Notes under the pieces: generated by a model
Seen by the model: only the letters and a program-made list of their open reading frames with translations
Told to the model about the DNA's origin: nothing
Databases searched by the model: none
In this document: positions 9,066 through 21,223 of the stretch, one piece after another
Numbering within the stretch: the stretch's first letter is position 1
How the letters are laid out: every line of letters starts with the position of its first letter
Translations under genes and position numbers: made by a program
Assembly (NCBI GenBank): GCA_905181595.1
Contig: CAJIYI010000001.1
Coordinates: 151,938 to 215,937 of the forward strand
DNA from: an uncultured SAR86 cluster bacterium
GTDB lineage: Bacteria; Pseudomonadota; Gammaproteobacteria; Magnimaribacterales; D2472
DNA length: 64,000 bases
Direction of reading: 5' to 3'

Positions 9066-9971
9066 CTATTTCGGTTTGAAGTGAAGGTTTAATGAGTTTG
9101 TAAACAAAGTTTTTAGCAATTCAGCACCTGGCATCCCAGAGTATGTAGGTCGCATAATCAGTGAGATTTCTCTGTGCGGTCCAGGCTCATTTAAATGTGA
9201 TTTTAGTAAATCTTTGTTAGAGCTGAGTAATTGTCCTAATGCCATGTGAGGCACCAATGTACTTCCCATGTTTCCTTTAACCAGTTGCACTAAAGTTGCT
9301 AAACTTGATGCCTTTACAACATGCTTTGAATCCCCAGAGATTTTGCACGCATCTAGGATATGATCTTTTAGGCAGTGTCCATCATCCAAGAGCATTAATT
9401 CTGAATGTTCTAATTGAGTTGCCCTAATTTCTTGCTTCCCTGCATTCTTATTTTCATGGTGAGCTATCCAGTAGAAATCTTCTTCCCAAAATTTTAAAGA
9501 AGTTAAACCCTCTAAGTTATAAGGCAGGGCCAAAATAGCCATATTTAGCTCTCCATTCTTTACTTTATTTACTAGAATATTTGACTGACTTTCTTCTATG
9601 CGCAAAGTAAGATTTGGGTAAGCCTTTTTAATTTTTGGTAATACAATTGGTAAGAAGTAGGGGCTAATAGTTGGGATAATTCCAATGGAGATATTGCTGG
9701 AAAGGGGATCTGATTGATTTTCTACTAATTTTTGAATCTCGAAGATTTGCAATTGTATGGACTGAGCTTTTTTTAAAAACTCAGCTCCAAGGGTGGTAAC
9801 AAAGACTTTTTTATTGTCTCTTTCAAACACCTTAAATCCTAAATGTTTTTCCATTTCAGTAATTGCATTACTTAAAGTAGAAGGAGAGACGAAGCTAATT
9901 TCAGCAGCTTTTTTGAAGTGCAGAGTTTGAGACACTGCTAAGGCATAGTCTATTTGTTTCAATGTAATCAT
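9066..9971 (-). CDS. oxyR: LysR-family peroxide-sensing regulator OxyR
   Basis: 301 aa with an N-terminal LysR HTH (LHFKKAAEISFVSPSTLSNAITEMEKHLG). A conserved redox Cys pair sits in DDGHCLKDHILDAC, with the spacing of OxyR C199/C208. Divergent from katG. Confidence 0.8.
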   Translation of the reverse strand: MITLKQIDYALAVSQTLHFKKAAEISFVSPSTLSNAITEMEKHLGFKVFERDNKKVFVTTLGAEFLKKAQSIQLQIFEIQKLVENQSDPLSSNISIGIIPTISPYFLPIVLPKIKKAYPNLTLRIEESQSNILVNKVKNGELNMAILALPYNLEGLTSLKFWEEDFYWIAHHENKNAGKQEIRATQLEHSELMLLDDGHCLKDHILDACKISGDSKHVVKASSLATLVQLVKGNMGSTLVPHMALGQLLSSNKDLLKSHLNEPGPHREISLIMRPTYSGMPGAELLKTLFTNSLNLHFKPK

Positions 9972-10134
9972 TTAATTTTCTTTTATATTTTTTATATGCA
10001 ATAAAATCGAATATAACATCCTTATTTTATGTATTTACCAATACATATATTAACTATAAAATAAATTCAATCAAAGCATTTATTAATGCATTGAAACAAT
10101 TTCATATTTAATTTCGTTTAGGAGGTAAATTACT

Positions 10135-12267
<2,133 letters not shown>

Positions 12268-12290
12268 TGCGCTAGCTTAGGCTTATTTTG

Positions 12291-12318
12291 AAAAAGGGCT
12301 CATTTGAGCCCTTTTTTT
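12291..12318. terminator. bidirectional rho-independent terminator
   Basis: AAAAA-GGGCTC-ATTT-GAGCCC-TTTTTTT. A perfect 6-bp GC-rich stem is flanked by an A-run and a T-run, between katG (+) and a small minus-strand ORF. Confidence 0.75.
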
Positions 12319-12335
12319 GATCCACGATAAGTGAT

Positions 12336-12500
12336 TTAAAAATGTGGAGGTTTCTCATAATCTATTGGTGGGAACTTGAATTTTTGATCTTTCAAATCAA
12401 CCTTCTCTCTTTTTTTAATGTATTTGGACATCACATCAGCGGCATCATCAGTAGCGGATGGAATCTCCTTCTTGTCATTATCCAGCTTATCTTTACTCAT
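12336..12500 (-). CDS. small hypothetical protein (54 aa), below the ORF-track cutoff
   Basis: Minus-strand ATG at 12500 to TAA at 12336-12338: MSKDKLDNDKKEIPSATDDAADVMSKYIKKREKVDLKDQKFKFPPIDYEKPPHF. Hydrophilic and protein-like, ending 18 nt from the bidirectional terminator. The listed + strand 70-aa ORF is its low-complexity antisense. Confidence 0.35.
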   Translation of the reverse strand: MSKDKLDNDKKEIPSATDDAADVMSKYIKKREKVDLKDQKFKFPPIDYEKPPHF

Positions 12501-12584
12501 AATCTCTTTTTTCTAAACAATGACACAGTTTACCTAATCTGCAGAATATTTTGATGAACCATAAATGTTTAGTATGATTCATTG

Positions 12585-13067
12585 ATGAAAATAGCAATCT
12601 ACCCTGGTTCTTTTGATCCCATTACTTTTGGCCACATAGACATTACTGAGAGAGCCTGTGCACTGTTTGACAAAGTCATAGTCAGTGTCGCTGAGAGCAA
12701 GTCTAAAAACCCGCTTTTTAGCGTTGCTGAAAGAATTGATTTGGCACAAGAGATTTTTAAAGATAATCCAAAGATTGAGGTCATAGGTTATGCCAGCAAG
12801 CTAACCGTTGATCTTGCAAGAGAGAATAATGCTATAGCTATTATCAGAGGGTTAAGGGCCGTTGCAGACTTTGAATATGAATTTCAGCTTGCAACTATGA
12901 ATCGCAGTCTTGCCCCAGATATTGAGAGCATTTTCTTTACTCCCAAGGACACTCTGATATATGTCTCCTCTAGTTTAGTCAAAGAAATTGCTAAACTTGG
13001 TGGAGATGTATCTCGCTTCGTTAGCCCGAATGTCAAAGATGCGCTTGCGGAGAAATACTCAACTTAA
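12585..13067 (+). CDS. coaD: phosphopantetheine adenylyltransferase
   Basis: MKIAIYPGSFDPITFGHIDI (nucleotidyltransferase H-x-G-H motif), about 160 aa. ATG 12585 is preferred over the TTG at 12582. Confidence 0.9.
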   Translation: MKIAIYPGSFDPITFGHIDITERACALFDKVIVSVAESKSKNPLFSVAERIDLAQEIFKDNPKIEVIGYASKLTVDLARENNAIAIIRGLRAVADFEYEFQLATMNRSLAPDIESIFFTPKDTLIYVSSSLVKEIAKLGGDVSRFVSPNVKDALAEKYST

Positions 13068-13876
13068 CTCTGGCATTTGCTGCAAAAGAAAGAAGCTCGC
13101 TGGGTCTGAACTATTCTTTGAATGATGCCTGCTTTACATCTTACGCATTCTTGACCTTCACGATCATAAGCAGATAATTCAATCTTAAAGTAACCTTGAT
13201 TGCCATCTGGTTGATAGAAATCTTTCAGCGTTGTCCCTCCAACTTCAATGGCTCTTCGAAGAATTTTTTTTGCTGACACTGCAATGTCTAAAGATTGTTT
13301 CTTGGTAATTAATTTGGATCGTTTGGTGGGGCGAATCCCAACATCAAATAGAATTTCATTGGCGTAGATGTTACCAATGCCAACCACATGGGATTGATTC
13401 ATTAGCGAGATCTTAATTGGAGAGTTAACTTTTCGCAGCCTTTTAAACAAGTACTCGCCATCAAAGTCTTCTGACAATGGTTCTGGTCCGAGTTTATCGA
13501 GTAAAAAATGATGCTGAGGGTCTGATACAAAGTGCAGCGATCCAAATCTTCGGGGATCATTATAGATGAGCTTGGCATCTTGAAAAATGAACTCAACATG
13601 ATCATGTTTTTTATAAAAGTTAGATTCTTTTTCAGCTATTCGAACTGTTCCAGTCATCCCAAGATGAAGCAATATTTGAGAGTCTTTAACATGAAATAGA
13701 ATATATTTTGCCCTTCGGCTTATTTGATCAACTGTTACGCCCTTAAGATTTTTAAATGCTTCTAGATCTACTGGCCATCTAAGATTTGGGTTGTGAATTT
13801 CTACAGATTCAAGAATCTGATTCTGAAATGTCTGTATTGCTCGAACCGAGGTTTCTACCTCAGGTAATTCTGGCAT
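13064..13876 (-). CDS. mutM: formamidopyrimidine-DNA glycosylase
   Basis: N-terminal MPELPEVET, an H2TH region and a C-terminal zinc finger CVRC...CSKC. 270 aa. Confidence 0.92.
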   Translation of the reverse strand: MPELPEVETSVRAIQTFQNQILESVEIHNPNLRWPVDLEAFKNLKGVTVDQISRRAKYILFHVKDSQILLHLGMTGTVRIAEKESNFYKKHDHVEFIFQDAKLIYNDPRRFGSLHFVSDPQHHFLLDKLGPEPLSEDFDGEYLFKRLRKVNSPIKISLMNQSHVVGIGNIYANEILFDVGIRPTKRSKLITKKQSLDIAVSAKKILRRAIEVGGTTLKDFYQPDGNQGYFKIELSAYDREGQECVRCKAGIIQRIVQTQRASFFCSKCQS

Positions 13877-15207
13877 TAACCGAGTAAGCTATTGATCTCT
13901 ATAAGATTTTCTGGACTCAGGGTACCAGCAGCAAGATGCAAGCGCAGGGTAGTGATCAGGTAGTCATACTTAGCATTGGCTAGATTTCTTTCAGCGCTGT
14001 ACAGATTTTTTTCAGCTTGCAACAGATCGACAATATTTCTTGTGCCGACTTCATAACCAACTCTAGTAGCTTCCAGGGCACTGGATGCAGATACCACAGC
14101 TTGCTTTTGAGCTCTAAGATTTGCTACCAATGTCACAACATTAGAATACTGACTTCGCACATCCTGTATAACGCTTCTCTCAGCAAACAGAGCATCTTCT
14201 GATGATTTGTTTGATTCAGCATAAGCTTGCTTGGTTCTTGAGATCACAGCTCCACCTTGAAAGATAGGCATGGAGAGTTGAAGGCTGTAAGTGTCTCTCT
14301 GAGTTTCATCAGGCACGGTAATATTAAAAGCACCACCAGTATTCAGGCCATCATATGCATATTGATTAGTTTCTGATTCAGTTTGCGCACCAACAATATC
14401 AACTTTAGGTAAATGATTTGAAGCAACACTGCGAGCATTGTTTTTTGATGCATATTTTCTTAAATTAGCTGCTTTTAACCTAAAGTTATTTTCCACCGCT
14501 TTTCTTGCCCACTCCTCTTTAGAGGCTGGCACTGGATTGGTAACACTCAGGTCATTCACTAGTCCATCAAGAGATAAAATTTCCTTCCCAACAAGTGCAT
14601 TTAAGGCTTCCTGAGCTGTGAATACAGTCCCTTCAATCCTAATTCTTGAGGCCATGCTCAGATCAAATGCTAATTGAGCTTCTTGAACTTCGGTAACCGC
14701 AGAAAGACCTACCTCATAGCGTTGGCTGCTTTGATCTAACTGTTTCTTGATTGCTTTCTCTTCTGATCGCGCTGCATTTAAGTTATCGATAGCTCTTAGA
14801 ACATTGAAATAGAGCTCAGCAGTTCTAACAATTAATGCCTGTTGAGAGTATGCAAAATCTGCTTCAGCTGCATCTGTTAAAAATTTTGATTGACGATATT
14901 TAAACCAGCTATCTAGCCTTAGGAGTGGCTGAGTGAGCCGGGCAGAAGTATTAAAGTTATTGTATTGATTTTGAAGGTTTCCATTTTGATAGTATTCATT
15001 CCAATTAGTCTGAGCATTTAGGGTAATGCTTGGCAAAAGAGCTGCTCGTCCCTGTACTTTAATTTCCTTTCCAGATAAATAAGAATATTCCGCAGACTTG
15101 TATTGAGGATCATTCTCCAAGGCATCATTGTAAATATCTAATAGGCTATCAGCGAACGCAGAGATACTAAAGAAAGCAGCGAGTGTAATTAAAAATTTTG
15201 ATTTCAT
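13876..15207 (-). CDS. tolC: TolC-family outer-membrane efflux channel
   Basis: 443 aa. Signal peptide MKSKFLITLAAFFSISAFA followed by the TolC start LLDIYNDALENDPQY and two internal repeats. Confidence 0.85.
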   Translation of the reverse strand: MKSKFLITLAAFFSISAFADSLLDIYNDALENDPQYKSAEYSYLSGKEIKVQGRAALLPSITLNAQTNWNEYYQNGNLQNQYNNFNTSARLTQPLLRLDSWFKYRQSKFLTDAAEADFAYSQQALIVRTAELYFNVLRAIDNLNAARSEEKAIKKQLDQSSQRYEVGLSAVTEVQEAQLAFDLSMASRIRIEGTVFTAQEALNALVGKEILSLDGLVNDLSVTNPVPASKEEWARKAVENNFRLKAANLRKYASKNNARSVASNHLPKVDIVGAQTESETNQYAYDGLNTGGAFNITVPDETQRDTYSLQLSMPIFQGGAVISRTKQAYAESNKSSEDALFAERSVIQDVRSQYSNVVTLVANLRAQKQAVVSASSALEATRVGYEVGTRNIVDLLQAEKNLYSAERNLANAKYDYLITTLRLHLAAGTLSPENLIEINSLLG

Positions 15208-15218
15208 AATATATCTGA

Positions 15219-15237
15219 ATGTTTACAGTGTTAACAT
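15219..15237. promoter_or_regulatory. 19-bp palindromic operator-like site (third copy of the tetR/efflux operator)
   Basis: ATGTTTACAGTGTTAACAT matches ATGTTGACACTGTTAACAT (51328-51346) at 17 of 19 positions. One difference is the asymmetric centre base. It lies 12 nt upstream of the tolC ATG. Confidence 0.5.
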
Positions 15238-15265
15238 TAAACCTCTTAAGGGGTAGCTATGTCAA
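15236..15265 (-). promoter_or_regulatory. candidate sigma70 promoter of tolC
   Basis: Minus strand reads TTGACA (15265-15260), an 18-nt spacer, then TTTAAT (15241-15236). The -10 overlaps the operator-like palindrome by 2 nt. Confidence 0.4.
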
Positions 15266-15388
15266 TGAGAGTATTTTAATACATTGCTAAAAAATCTCCT
15301 AAATTAATACATTTGTTTGTATTTAGTTAGAGTAGAATATGACGTAAAAGTTCATCAAGCTTTAGCGAAACATTTACAGGAAAGTTAA

Positions 15389-17278
15389 TTGGCAAAAGAT
15401 TACGACTCCCAATCGATAGAGGTTCTATCTGGCCTCGATCCGGTGCGAAAAAGACCGGGCATGTACACAGACACAACATCTCCAAATCATCTTATTCAAG
15501 AGGTAGTTGATAATTCTATAGACGAAGCTTTGGCAGGGCATTGTTCAAGTATCAAGGTTACTTTGGCTAAAGACGGCATCATATCGGTGGGCGATGATGG
15601 TCGTGGTATGCCAACTGACATTCATCCAGAGCATAAAGTTTCTGGTGTTGAATTGATCATGTGCAAACTTCATGCTGGCGCCAAATTCTCAGGCGAAGAC
15701 TACAATTTTTCTGGAGGCTTGCATGGTGTTGGCGTTTCAGTAGTGAATGCGTTATCTCAAAAATTATTGGTAGAAATTAAACGTTCTGGGAAGCAATTTG
15801 AGATGGCTTTTGAAGGCGGCGACAAAAAGTCTGAGCTCACGGAGGTTGGAGAGGTTGGAGCCAGAAATTCTGGAACGATCATAAACTTTCAACCGGATCC
15901 ACAATACTTTGAAACTGTAACTGTTAATACAGATAGCCTTAAACATCTCTTAAAAGCTAAGGCTGTTTTATGCCCCGGTCTAACCATTCAATATGCCGAT
16001 GAGAAAAAACAAGAAAAAATTTCTTGGACTTATGAGAATGGATTAATTTCCTATCTATCTGAATCTTCTGAAGGCATCGATTTACTTTTAGAAGAATCAA
16101 TATCTTGCAGCAAACTTGCAAAAGATAATGCGCTTGATTTTGTTTTGAACTGGTCTACTCAACCGGTAAAAAATCTGATGAGCGAATCATATGTGAATTT
16201 AATTCCAACTGCCCAAGGAGGCTCTCACTTAAATGGTTTTAAGGCTGGGTTATTGGATGCAGTTAAGGAGTTCTGTGAGTTTAGGAATCTAATCCCTAAG
16301 GGATTAAAAATTACTGCTGATGATGTTATTCAGCACAGCACTTTTATTGTTTCATCTAAGCTAACCAATCCTCAATTTGCTGGCCAAACTAAGGAGAGAC
16401 TCGATTCTAAAGATCATCAAGGCTTTGTGAGCTCTACCACCAAAGATGTTCTTAGTATTTGGTTCAACCAGCATACCGAAGAAGGAGAGAAGCTCGCAGA
16501 ATTGGCCATTGCTTCTGCACAAGCCCGGACAAGAGAAACAAAAGTTGTGGACAGGAAAAAGACTTTTCAGGGCCCAGCGTTACCGGGTAAATTATCTGAC
16601 TGCAACAGCACAAATCTTGATGAGACAGAATTATTTTTTGTGGAAGGAGATTCTGCTGGAGGATCTGCGAAGCAATCTAGAGAGAGAAAATTTCAGGCAA
16701 TCATGCCCTTAAGAGGAAAAATCCTTAATACCTGGGATCTTGAGAGCAGTGAAATTATTAAATCCATTGAAATTAAAGACATCTCAACTGCAATAGGAGT
16801 TAATCCGGGCAGCCCTGATATCTCTTCATTAAGATATGGAAAAGTTTGCATTTTAGCTGATGCTGACTCTGATGGTCTGCACATCGCCACCTTGCTTTGT
16901 GCGCTTTTTTTGAGGCATTACAAGCCATTAGTTCTTGCAGGTCATATTTATGTGGCCATGCCTCCACTGTTTCGAATTGATTGTGCTAAAGAAGTTTTTT
17001 ATGCGCTTGATGAAGAAGAAAAAGATTCAATTGTTAAGAAGCTAAAATCAAAACCAGGAAAACCAAAAATTGATATTCAGCGATTCAAAGGTTTGGGTGA
17101 GATGAACCCATCACAACTTAGGGAGACAGTCATGGATCCAAAAACAAGAAGGCTAGTGCAGCTAACAGTCACAGCATCTGATAATGTAAATAGCATGATG
17201 GATTTACTGCTATCAAAAAAGAATGCTGGCGCTCGAAAAGAGTGGCTTGAAAAACGAGGAAAAATTGTCTCAGTTTAA
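15389..17278 (+). CDS. parE: DNA topoisomerase IV subunit B
   Basis: TTG start preceded by AGGAAAG. Type IIA B-subunit motifs [24 protein letters not shown] and PLRGKILN. At 629 aa it lacks the GyrB-specific insert and sits directly upstream of parC. Confidence 0.9.
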   Translation: MAKDYDSQSIEVLSGLDPVRKRPGMYTDTTSPNHLIQEVVDNSIDEALAGHCSSIKVTLAKDGIISVGDDGRGMPTDIHPEHKVSGVELIMCKLHAGAKFSGEDYNFSGGLHGVGVSVVNALSQKLLVEIKRSGKQFEMAFEGGDKKSELTEVGEVGARNSGTIINFQPDPQYFETVTVNTDSLKHLLKAKAVLCPGLTIQYADEKKQEKISWTYENGLISYLSESSEGIDLLLEESISCSKLAKDNALDFVLNWSTQPVKNLMSESYVNLIPTAQGGSHLNGFKAGLLDAVKEFCEFRNLIPKGLKITADDVIQHSTFIVSSKLTNPQFAGQTKERLDSKDHQGFVSSTTKDVLSIWFNQHTEEGEKLAELAIASAQARTRETKVVDRKKTFQGPALPGKLSDCNSTNLDETELFFVEGDSAGGSAKQSRERKFQAIMPLRGKILNTWDLESSEIIKSIEIKDISTAIGVNPGSPDISSLRYGKVCILADADSDGLHIATLLCALFLRHYKPLVLAGHIYVAMPPLFRIDCAKEVFYALDEEEKDSIVKKLKSKPGKPKIDIQRFKGLGEMNPSQLRETVMDPKTRRLVQLTVTASDNVNSMMDLLLSKKNAGARKEWLEKRGKIVSV

Positions 17279-17280
17279 TC

Positions 17281-19539
17281 ATGGAAACAAATAAAAATAT
17301 TACTTCAATAAGTCTTAAAGAATATGCAGAAGAGTCATATTTAAATTATGCAATGTATGTCATCTTGGACAGGGCTTTGCCTCATGTGGGTGATGGCATG
17401 AAGCCAGTTCAGAGAAGAATCCTATATGCCATGAGCGAACTGGGCTTAAATGCTGGCTCTAAATATAAGAAATCTGCAAGAACCGTAGGAGACGTGATTG
17501 GTAAGTTCCACCCTCATGGAGATAGCGCGGCATATGAAGCGATGGTTCTGATGGCGCAGAATTTTTCTTTTAGATATCCTCTTGTAGATGGCCAGGGTAA
17601 CTGGGGCACCCAAGATGATCCCAAGTCATTTGCTGCAATGAGATACACCGAATCTAAACTTACTGGATTTGCAGATCTACTTTTATCAGAGCTCAAATTA
17701 GGAACAGTAGACTGGCAGCCTAATTTTGATGGTTCATTGCTTGAGCCAATAATTTTGCCTGCGAAGATTCCAAGTATATTGCTGAATGGAACCACTGGTA
17801 TTGCTGTTGGCATGGCCACTGATATTCCTTCCCATAATATTAGAGAAGTCTTGGATGCATGCATACACATGCTAGACAATCCCAAGGCCAGTACCAAAGA
17901 CCTCATGAAGTTCATCAAAGGTCCAGATTTTAGTAATAATGCTCCGCTTATTGCCTCACAAGAAGAGTTATTAGAGATGTATGAAACAGGTAAGGGTGGT
18001 TTCAAAATTAGAGCTCAATGGCTAACAGAGGGAAATGATATAGTTATAAATGCTTTGCCTCATCAGGCATCCGGCTCAAAAATTCTTGAACAAATTGCAG
18101 ATCAAATGCAAAAGAAAAAAATACCCATGGTGGTTGATTTAAGGGATGAAGGCGACCACAAGGAACCGGTTCGACTGGTGGTTACCTTAAAATCTAACAG
18201 AGTAGATGCAGGCGAAGTTATGAATCATCTTTACGCAACCACTGACCTTCAAAAAAACTATCGCGCTAATATAAACCTTATTAGCCTGAAGGGTTCTCCA
18301 AGAGTATTTGCTCTGAACGACCTCATATATGAATGGCTAACATTTAGACAGCAAACTGTTTTACGTAAATTAGAGCATCGCCTAGATCAGGTTGATGACC
18401 GTATTCATATCCTTGAAGGATTGCTAATTGTTTATCTCGACCTTGATAAAGTGATTCACATTATTAGAAATAGTGATGAACCTAAGAAAGAGCTGATGAA
18501 AGCTTTTAAAATTTCAGAAATTCAAACCAATGCAATTTTAGAAATTAGGCTTCGGCAGCTAGCTAAGCTTGAGCAAATAAAGCTTGAAGAAGAGAAGGGG
18601 CATCTAGAATTGGAGAGAGCAGAGTTAGAAAAAATTATTAAATCAAAGGCTAGGCTCAAAACTTATATCAAGACAGAGTTAAAAGAAATTAAAGATAATT
18701 TTGGTGATGACAGGAATTCTCCAATTGAGTCACTATCTGAGGCAAAAGCCTTCTCAGAAGAGGAAATGGTAACTTCAGAATCCGTAACTATAGTTTTATC
18801 TAAAGGTGGCTGGATAAGATCTGCAAAGGGTCATGACTTAGATCCTAGCACTCTAACTTTTCGAGGTGATGATAGTCTGCAGCATTTTGCAAAAGGAAAA
18901 AATAATCAATCGGCTATTTTCTTTGATTCTGGTGGGAAAGCATTTTCTCTTGCTGCTCATTCACTGCCATCTGCTCGAGGGATGGGAGAGCCTTTAACAG
19001 GCAGGGTCTCTTCGGAATCAGGTGTAACTTTTATGGGTGCCGCCATTGGAGCAGAGTCCTCTAAAATCTTAATTGCCAATTCTGCTGGCTATGGATTTGT
19101 AAGTGAATTATCAAATGCACTCTCCAATCAAAAAAAAGGTAAAGCTTTTATGAAATTACCAGAGAAGGCAGAGTTATTGCCTCCCTTGCCACTTGAAGAT
19201 TCGCATCGTCATGTCGTTGCAATTTCTTCAATTGGTCGGATGTTAATTTTTGATATAGCTGAGCTTCCGGTACTACCAAAAGGGAAGGGAAATAAAATTA
19301 TAAATATTCCAAAACCAAAATTATTGGCTGGCGAAGAATCAATGAATTTTATTTGCCTGTTGTCTGATTCAAGCACACTCCAGATTCACAGCGGCAAACG
19401 CTTTATGTCTCTCAAACTCAAGGATTTAGAGAATTATATTTCCACTCGAGCAAAAAGAGGGATGATGTTACCTCAGGGTTATAGAAAAGTTGATCAAGTG
19501 CTTGAAATTACTACTGAGGACGAAGCTGCCCCTGAATAA
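17281..19539 (+). CDS. parC: DNA topoisomerase IV subunit A
   Basis: 752 aa with the active-site region [10 protein letters not shown] and GKFHPHGD. It starts 2 nt after the parE stop. Confidence 0.9.
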   Translation: METNKNITSISLKEYAEESYLNYAMYVILDRALPHVGDGMKPVQRRILYAMSELGLNAGSKYKKSARTVGDVIGKFHPHGDSAAYEAMVLMAQNFSFRYPLVDGQGNWGTQDDPKSFAAMRYTESKLTGFADLLLSELKLGTVDWQPNFDGSLLEPIILPAKIPSILLNGTTGIAVGMATDIPSHNIREVLDACIHMLDNPKASTKDLMKFIKGPDFSNNAPLIASQEELLEMYETGKGGFKIRAQWLTEGNDIVINALPHQASGSKILEQIADQMQKKKIPMVVDLRDEGDHKEPVRLVVTLKSNRVDAGEVMNHLYATTDLQKNYRANINLISLKGSPRVFALNDLIYEWLTFRQQTVLRKLEHRLDQVDDRIHILEGLLIVYLDLDKVIHIIRNSDEPKKELMKAFKISEIQTNAILEIRLRQLAKLEQIKLEEEKGHLELERAELEKIIKSKARLKTYIKTELKEIKDNFGDDRNSPIESLSEAKAFSEEEMVTSESVTIVLSKGGWIRSAKGHDLDPSTLTFRGDDSLQHFAKGKNNQSAIFFDSGGKAFSLAAHSLPSARGMGEPLTGRVSSESGVTFMGAAIGAESSKILIANSAGYGFVSELSNALSNQKKGKAFMKLPEKAELLPPLPLEDSHRHVVAISSIGRMLIFDIAELPVLPKGKGNKIINIPKPKLLAGEESMNFICLLSDSSTLQIHSGKRFMSLKLKDLENYISTRAKRGMMLPQGYRKVDQVLEITTEDEAAPE

Positions 19540-20725
19540 CTGATCTCAGTATTTTGAGGCCTTTTAGAATTAACTTGTCTTCAATGATTAAGCTTGGAGC
19601 GATTCGAATGGTATTGTTGTTGGCCTTTAAAATCATCAGGCCTTCAGCGTAACAACCCTTCATAATGGTATCCAAATTAAAGTTTTCTTTGACGTTTAAT
19701 TTACAGCCAAGCCAAAGACCGGAACTTCTTATTTCTTCAAAACAGTTAAATTCTTTATTAATTTCCTTTAAACCTGAAACAAACAACTTTTCTTTTTTCT
19801 TCACTCCATTCAGCAATGTTTTTTTCGTTAACAGAGTCATTACTTTTTCAGCGACCGCACATGCAAGTGGGTTTCCTCCAAAAGTAGAGCCATGAGAGCC
19901 TAACTGCATACATTCAGCAATTTTCGTAGAAGTTAACACCGCACCTATAGGTATTCCGCCTCCGATTCCTTTGGCGCAGCACATAATGTCGGGTTTAATG
20001 CCAAACTGCTCGTAGGCAAAAAGTGTTCCGGTTCGCCCAGCGCCTGACTGCACTTCGTCGACAATAATCAAAGCCTGATGTTGCTTGCATAACTTTTTAA
20101 TTTTTTGCACAAAAGCCTTTTGAGCTTTAATAATTCCTGCTTCCCCTTGCACCAATTCAATTACAACCGCAGCAGTATTTTTATTAATTGTTTTTTCTAG
20201 ATTTTTTAGCTCATTAAACTGATGATGCTTTATTCCACCTGGCATTGGTCCATACCCTTCAATAAATCTGTCAGATCCATTAAGAGCAATAGCCATCATA
20301 GTTCTGCCATGAAAAGCATCAGAAAATGCAACGATTTCATTCTTTTTCTTATTTATATTTATGTAAGCATATTTACGAGCTGTTTTGATAGCAGCTTCCA
20401 CTGCCTCAGCGCCAGAATTAGAAAAAAATACCTTTTCAGCAAAAGTGTGTTTGCAAAAAATCTTTGCCAGCCTTAGGGCGGGCTCATTTGTTAAAAGATT
20501 TGATAAATGCCAAATCTTCTTTGATTGATCGGCTAAAGCCTTATTTAATTCAGGATGACAGTGACCCAGGCTAGTAACGGCTATTCCAGAAGCAAAATCT
20601 ATATACTTCTTATTTTTTTTATCCCAAACGATTGATCCTTTCGCTTTTAATGGAATAAATTCTGCAGGTTTGTATACCGGCATCATATATCGGTTAAAAT
20701 CTTTACGAGCTACCATAGAACCCAT
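19511..20725 (-). CDS. argD: acetylornithine/succinyl-diaminopimelate aminotransferase (class III)
   Basis: Collinear with E. coli ArgD ([23 protein letters not shown]..., [30 protein letters not shown]). ATG 20725 is preferred because the ORF-track start at 20746 is a TTG. Confidence 0.8.
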   Translation of the reverse strand: MGSMVARKDFNRYMMPVYKPAEFIPLKAKGSIVWDKKNKKYIDFASGIAVTSLGHCHPELNKALADQSKKIWHLSNLLTNEPALRLAKIFCKHTFAEKVFFSNSGAEAVEAAIKTARKYAYININKKKNEIVAFSDAFHGRTMMAIALNGSDRFIEGYGPMPGGIKHHQFNELKNLEKTINKNTAAVVIELVQGEAGIIKAQKAFVQKIKKLCKQHQALIIVDEVQSGAGRTGTLFAYEQFGIKPDIMCCAKGIGGGIPIGAVLTSTKIAECMQLGSHGSTFGGNPLACAVAEKVMTLLTKKTLLNGVKKKEKLFVSGLKEINKEFNCFEEIRSSGLWLGCKLNVKENFNLDTIMKGCYAEGLMILKANNNTIRIAPSLIIEDKLILKGLKILRSVIQGQLRPQ

Positions 20726-20731
20726 TGTAAT

Positions 20732-21223
20732 ATGATTAAGATTCAAGAAACCATAGAAAATAATTTTTTAATTGAGATTACTCCAAATAGTTCTTTGGAA
20801 GGAAGGGCAAGGATAATTTTTTTAGGCAGCCTCTCTTTTGTATGTTTATTTATCGGTGTCTTTTTCTTTTTTATGGGAGCCGTTCTCATTCTTCCCTTTG
20901 CTGGTCTTGAAGTGGCTGTCGTTCTTATTTGCTTTTACCTAAGTTTCCGCTGGAGCCAACAAAGAGAGCTAATTTTCTTAACCAACGAAAGAATTAAATT
21001 AGAAAGAGGTCGACTAATTAAAGAATTTTCATGGGAGGAGTTTCGGAGCTTTACTGTTCTGAACATTGACTTAGATGAGCGAGAAAATAAGCATTTTTCT
21101 TTTCGCTCAAAAGGCAAAGCAGTTTCTTTTGCATCTTTCTTAAACGAAGACGATAAATTAGAGCTTCAACAAGAGTTAAAACAAATTATAGGAAAGCTTA
21201 ATGCTCTAGGACCAGGGTCTTAA
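20732..21223 (+). CDS. DUF2244-like two-TM membrane protein
   Basis: 163 aa with two adjacent hydrophobic helices followed by a soluble tail. Family assignment is from memory. Confidence 0.5.
   Translation: MIKIQETIENNFLIEITPNSSLEGRARIIFLGSLSFVCLFIGVFFFFMGAVLILPFAGLEVAVVLICFYLSFRWSQQRELIFLTNERIKLERGRLIKEFSWEEFRSFTVLNIDLDERENKHFSFRSKGKAVSFASFLNEDDKLELQQELKQIIGKLNALGPGS

Noticed and set aside
9972-10134. Attempt to pin an OxyR binding site or promoter in the oxyR-katG spacer (for example the inverted repeat GCATT-N4-AATGC near 10075-10090)
   Set aside because: The spacer is very AT-rich and small inverted repeats are expected there. I could not find a convincing ATAG-N7-CTAT tetrad or a well-spaced -35/-10 by eye.
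12342-12554. 70-aa + strand ORF between katG and coaD
   Set aside because: The sequence is Phe/Leu/Ile/Trp-rich and low-complexity, with no recognisable start context. It is the mirror image of a more protein-like minus-strand ORF (12336-12500).
17514-18005. 163-aa antisense ORF inside parC, and the many other 60-105-aa ORFs nested in or antisense to long genes (for example 1526-1807, 3840-4097, 10486-10764, 29916-30233, 44315-44548, 48730-49026, 50785-51096, 55754-55978, 61968-62261)
   Set aside because: They lie fully within well-supported conserved genes, have low-complexity or Ser/Leu/Arg-rich composition, and have no independent signals.
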